Translations under genes and position numbers: made by a program
DNA from: Octopus sinensis
Lineage: Eukaryota
Reading direction: 5' to 3'
DNA length: 64,000 nt
Assembly (NCBI RefSeq): GCF_006345805.1
Contig: NC_043001.1
Coordinates: forward strand, 65,596,001-65,660,000
In this document: positions 62,719-64,000 of the stretch, piece by piece
Layout of the letters: every line of letters begins with the position of its first letter
Numbering within the stretch: the stretch's first letter is position 1
Notes under the pieces: generated by a model
Seen by the model: the letters and a program-made list of their open reading frames with translations, nothing else
Database searches by the model: none
What the model was told of the DNA's origin: nothing

Positions 62719-62815
62719 AGAGTATCTTTATCGAATTTTCTGACGTCACTGTAATGACTGATGTCACTGTACTGTCAAATGTCATTGTTTGATGTAATTG
62801 CACTGTGAGAAAATA

Positions 62816-64000
62816 TTGGGTTGTCCGGAAAGTCCGTGCCGATTTATAGTAGCTTACTTTTCGACTTATTTTAGAACATGGTTGAGTCCCTAAAATAACA
62901 TTTGACTACACCTCTATTTAGAGCACAGTTTAAGCTATCTTTTCGTGGAAGAAGGTTTATATTCCTATAACCTGTGTTAATTCTGTAACCCTTTAAAATG
63001 GAAGATAAGAAAGTTCATTTTCGGCACTTGATGCTTTTCTTTATCCGTAAAGGGAAAATGCCTCACAAGCAACCAAAGAAATATGCGCAGTTTACGGTGA
63101 TGTTTCTTTATCCGAAAGAACTGTACGGAAGTAGTTCGCAAGGTTCCGAGCTGGAGATTGTAGCCTTATTGATAAAGAGCGATCAGGCAGACCATCCACT
63201 ACAGATGATGACCAAATCAAGTCATTAATTGAGAATAACCCATATTGCACAACCCGAGAATTGGCAGAAAGCCTTAACCTACCAAAATCCGTCGTTCATG
63301 AGCACCTGTAAAGCTTGGGTATACAAAACCTTACGATGTTTGGGTACCACATGAGTTGAGTGAGAAGAACCTTTTGGACCGCATTTCCATCTGTGATTCG
63401 CTTTATAAACGGAATGAAAACGCGCCTTTTTTAAAGCAAATTGTGACAGGTGATGAGAAATTGATTATCTACCGAAATGTTCAGAGAAAGTGATCTCGGA
63501 GTAAGCGACATGAGCCACCCTTAGCCACCCCAAAAGTGGGTCTTAAAAAAGTCTTGCTTTGTTCTGGTGGGATGGGAAAGGAATTTTGTACTATGAGCTT
63601 CTCCTAAGTAACCAGACAATTAATTCTGAGAAATACTGCACACAACTGGACGAGTTAAAAGCAGCAATTCAAGAGAAACGTTCAGAATTGGCCAACAGAG
63701 AGGTTGTTGCTTTCCAATATGATAATGCAAGACCGCATGTTTCTTTGGGAACCAGACAAAATTGCTGCAGCTCGGCTGGGTTTTGTTACCTCACCCTCCA
63801 TATTCACCAGATATTGCTCCTTCGCATTTCCACTTATTCAGGTCTCTGCAGAATAGTCTTAATGGCAAAAATTTCAATTCCTTTGCCATGAAATCACCGC
63901 AATTCTGGGAAGAGGGTATTTTCAAGTTAAAGGAAAGATCGAGGCGCATTGAGCAACAAAATGGTTTATATTTGGTTGATTAAAAATGTAATGGCAAGTA
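62816..64000 (+). mobile_element. Mariner (DD34D type), degraded; right end beyond the window
   Basis: TA|TTGGGTTGTCCGGAAAG start. ATG at 62998 (MEDKKVHFRH). WVPHEL, IVTGDEK, WWDGKGILYYELL, DNARPH, HPPYSPDIAPSHFHLF (third Asp reads His). Confidence 0.93.

Overview
This 64-kb window is AT-rich, dense in microsatellites and built almost entirely from transposable-element debris. I could not establish any host gene. The SINE families and repeat landscape look like an octopus (coleoid cephalopod) genome; this is inferred from memory, not from a search. Class II content: a Helitron (PIF1 helicase fragment, 5' end, internal 320-bp array), three mariners (one complete with TIRs and TA duplications) and a complete Chapaev3-type element with 13-bp TIRs and TTA duplications. 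LINEs: CR1-like, a Tx1-type L1 with near-complete ORF2 sitting between two (GA)n tracts, three R4/Dong-type pieces, plus RTE and L2 relics. There are several Penelope-like element (PLE) fragments and at least three tRNA-headed SINE families. The most interesting layer is a set of non-coding, probably PLE-mobilised elements carrying minimal type I hammerhead-ribozyme motifs and fold-back (inverted) architecture. The best example is a 1,267-bp insertion at 44620-45886, bounded by a 12-bp target-site duplication. It consists of two head-to-head copies of a tRNA-like head + (AAT)n + hammerhead-bearing tail, a candidate ribozyme-containing SINE or retrozyme hybrid. Other points: a hammerhead family with an A6U core variant, a SINE whose tail resembles the Tx1 LINE tail, a recent 285-bp templated insertion into a PLE, and several perfect inverted repeats. 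All coordinates were counted by eye; TE boundaries without TIRs or TSDs are approximate.
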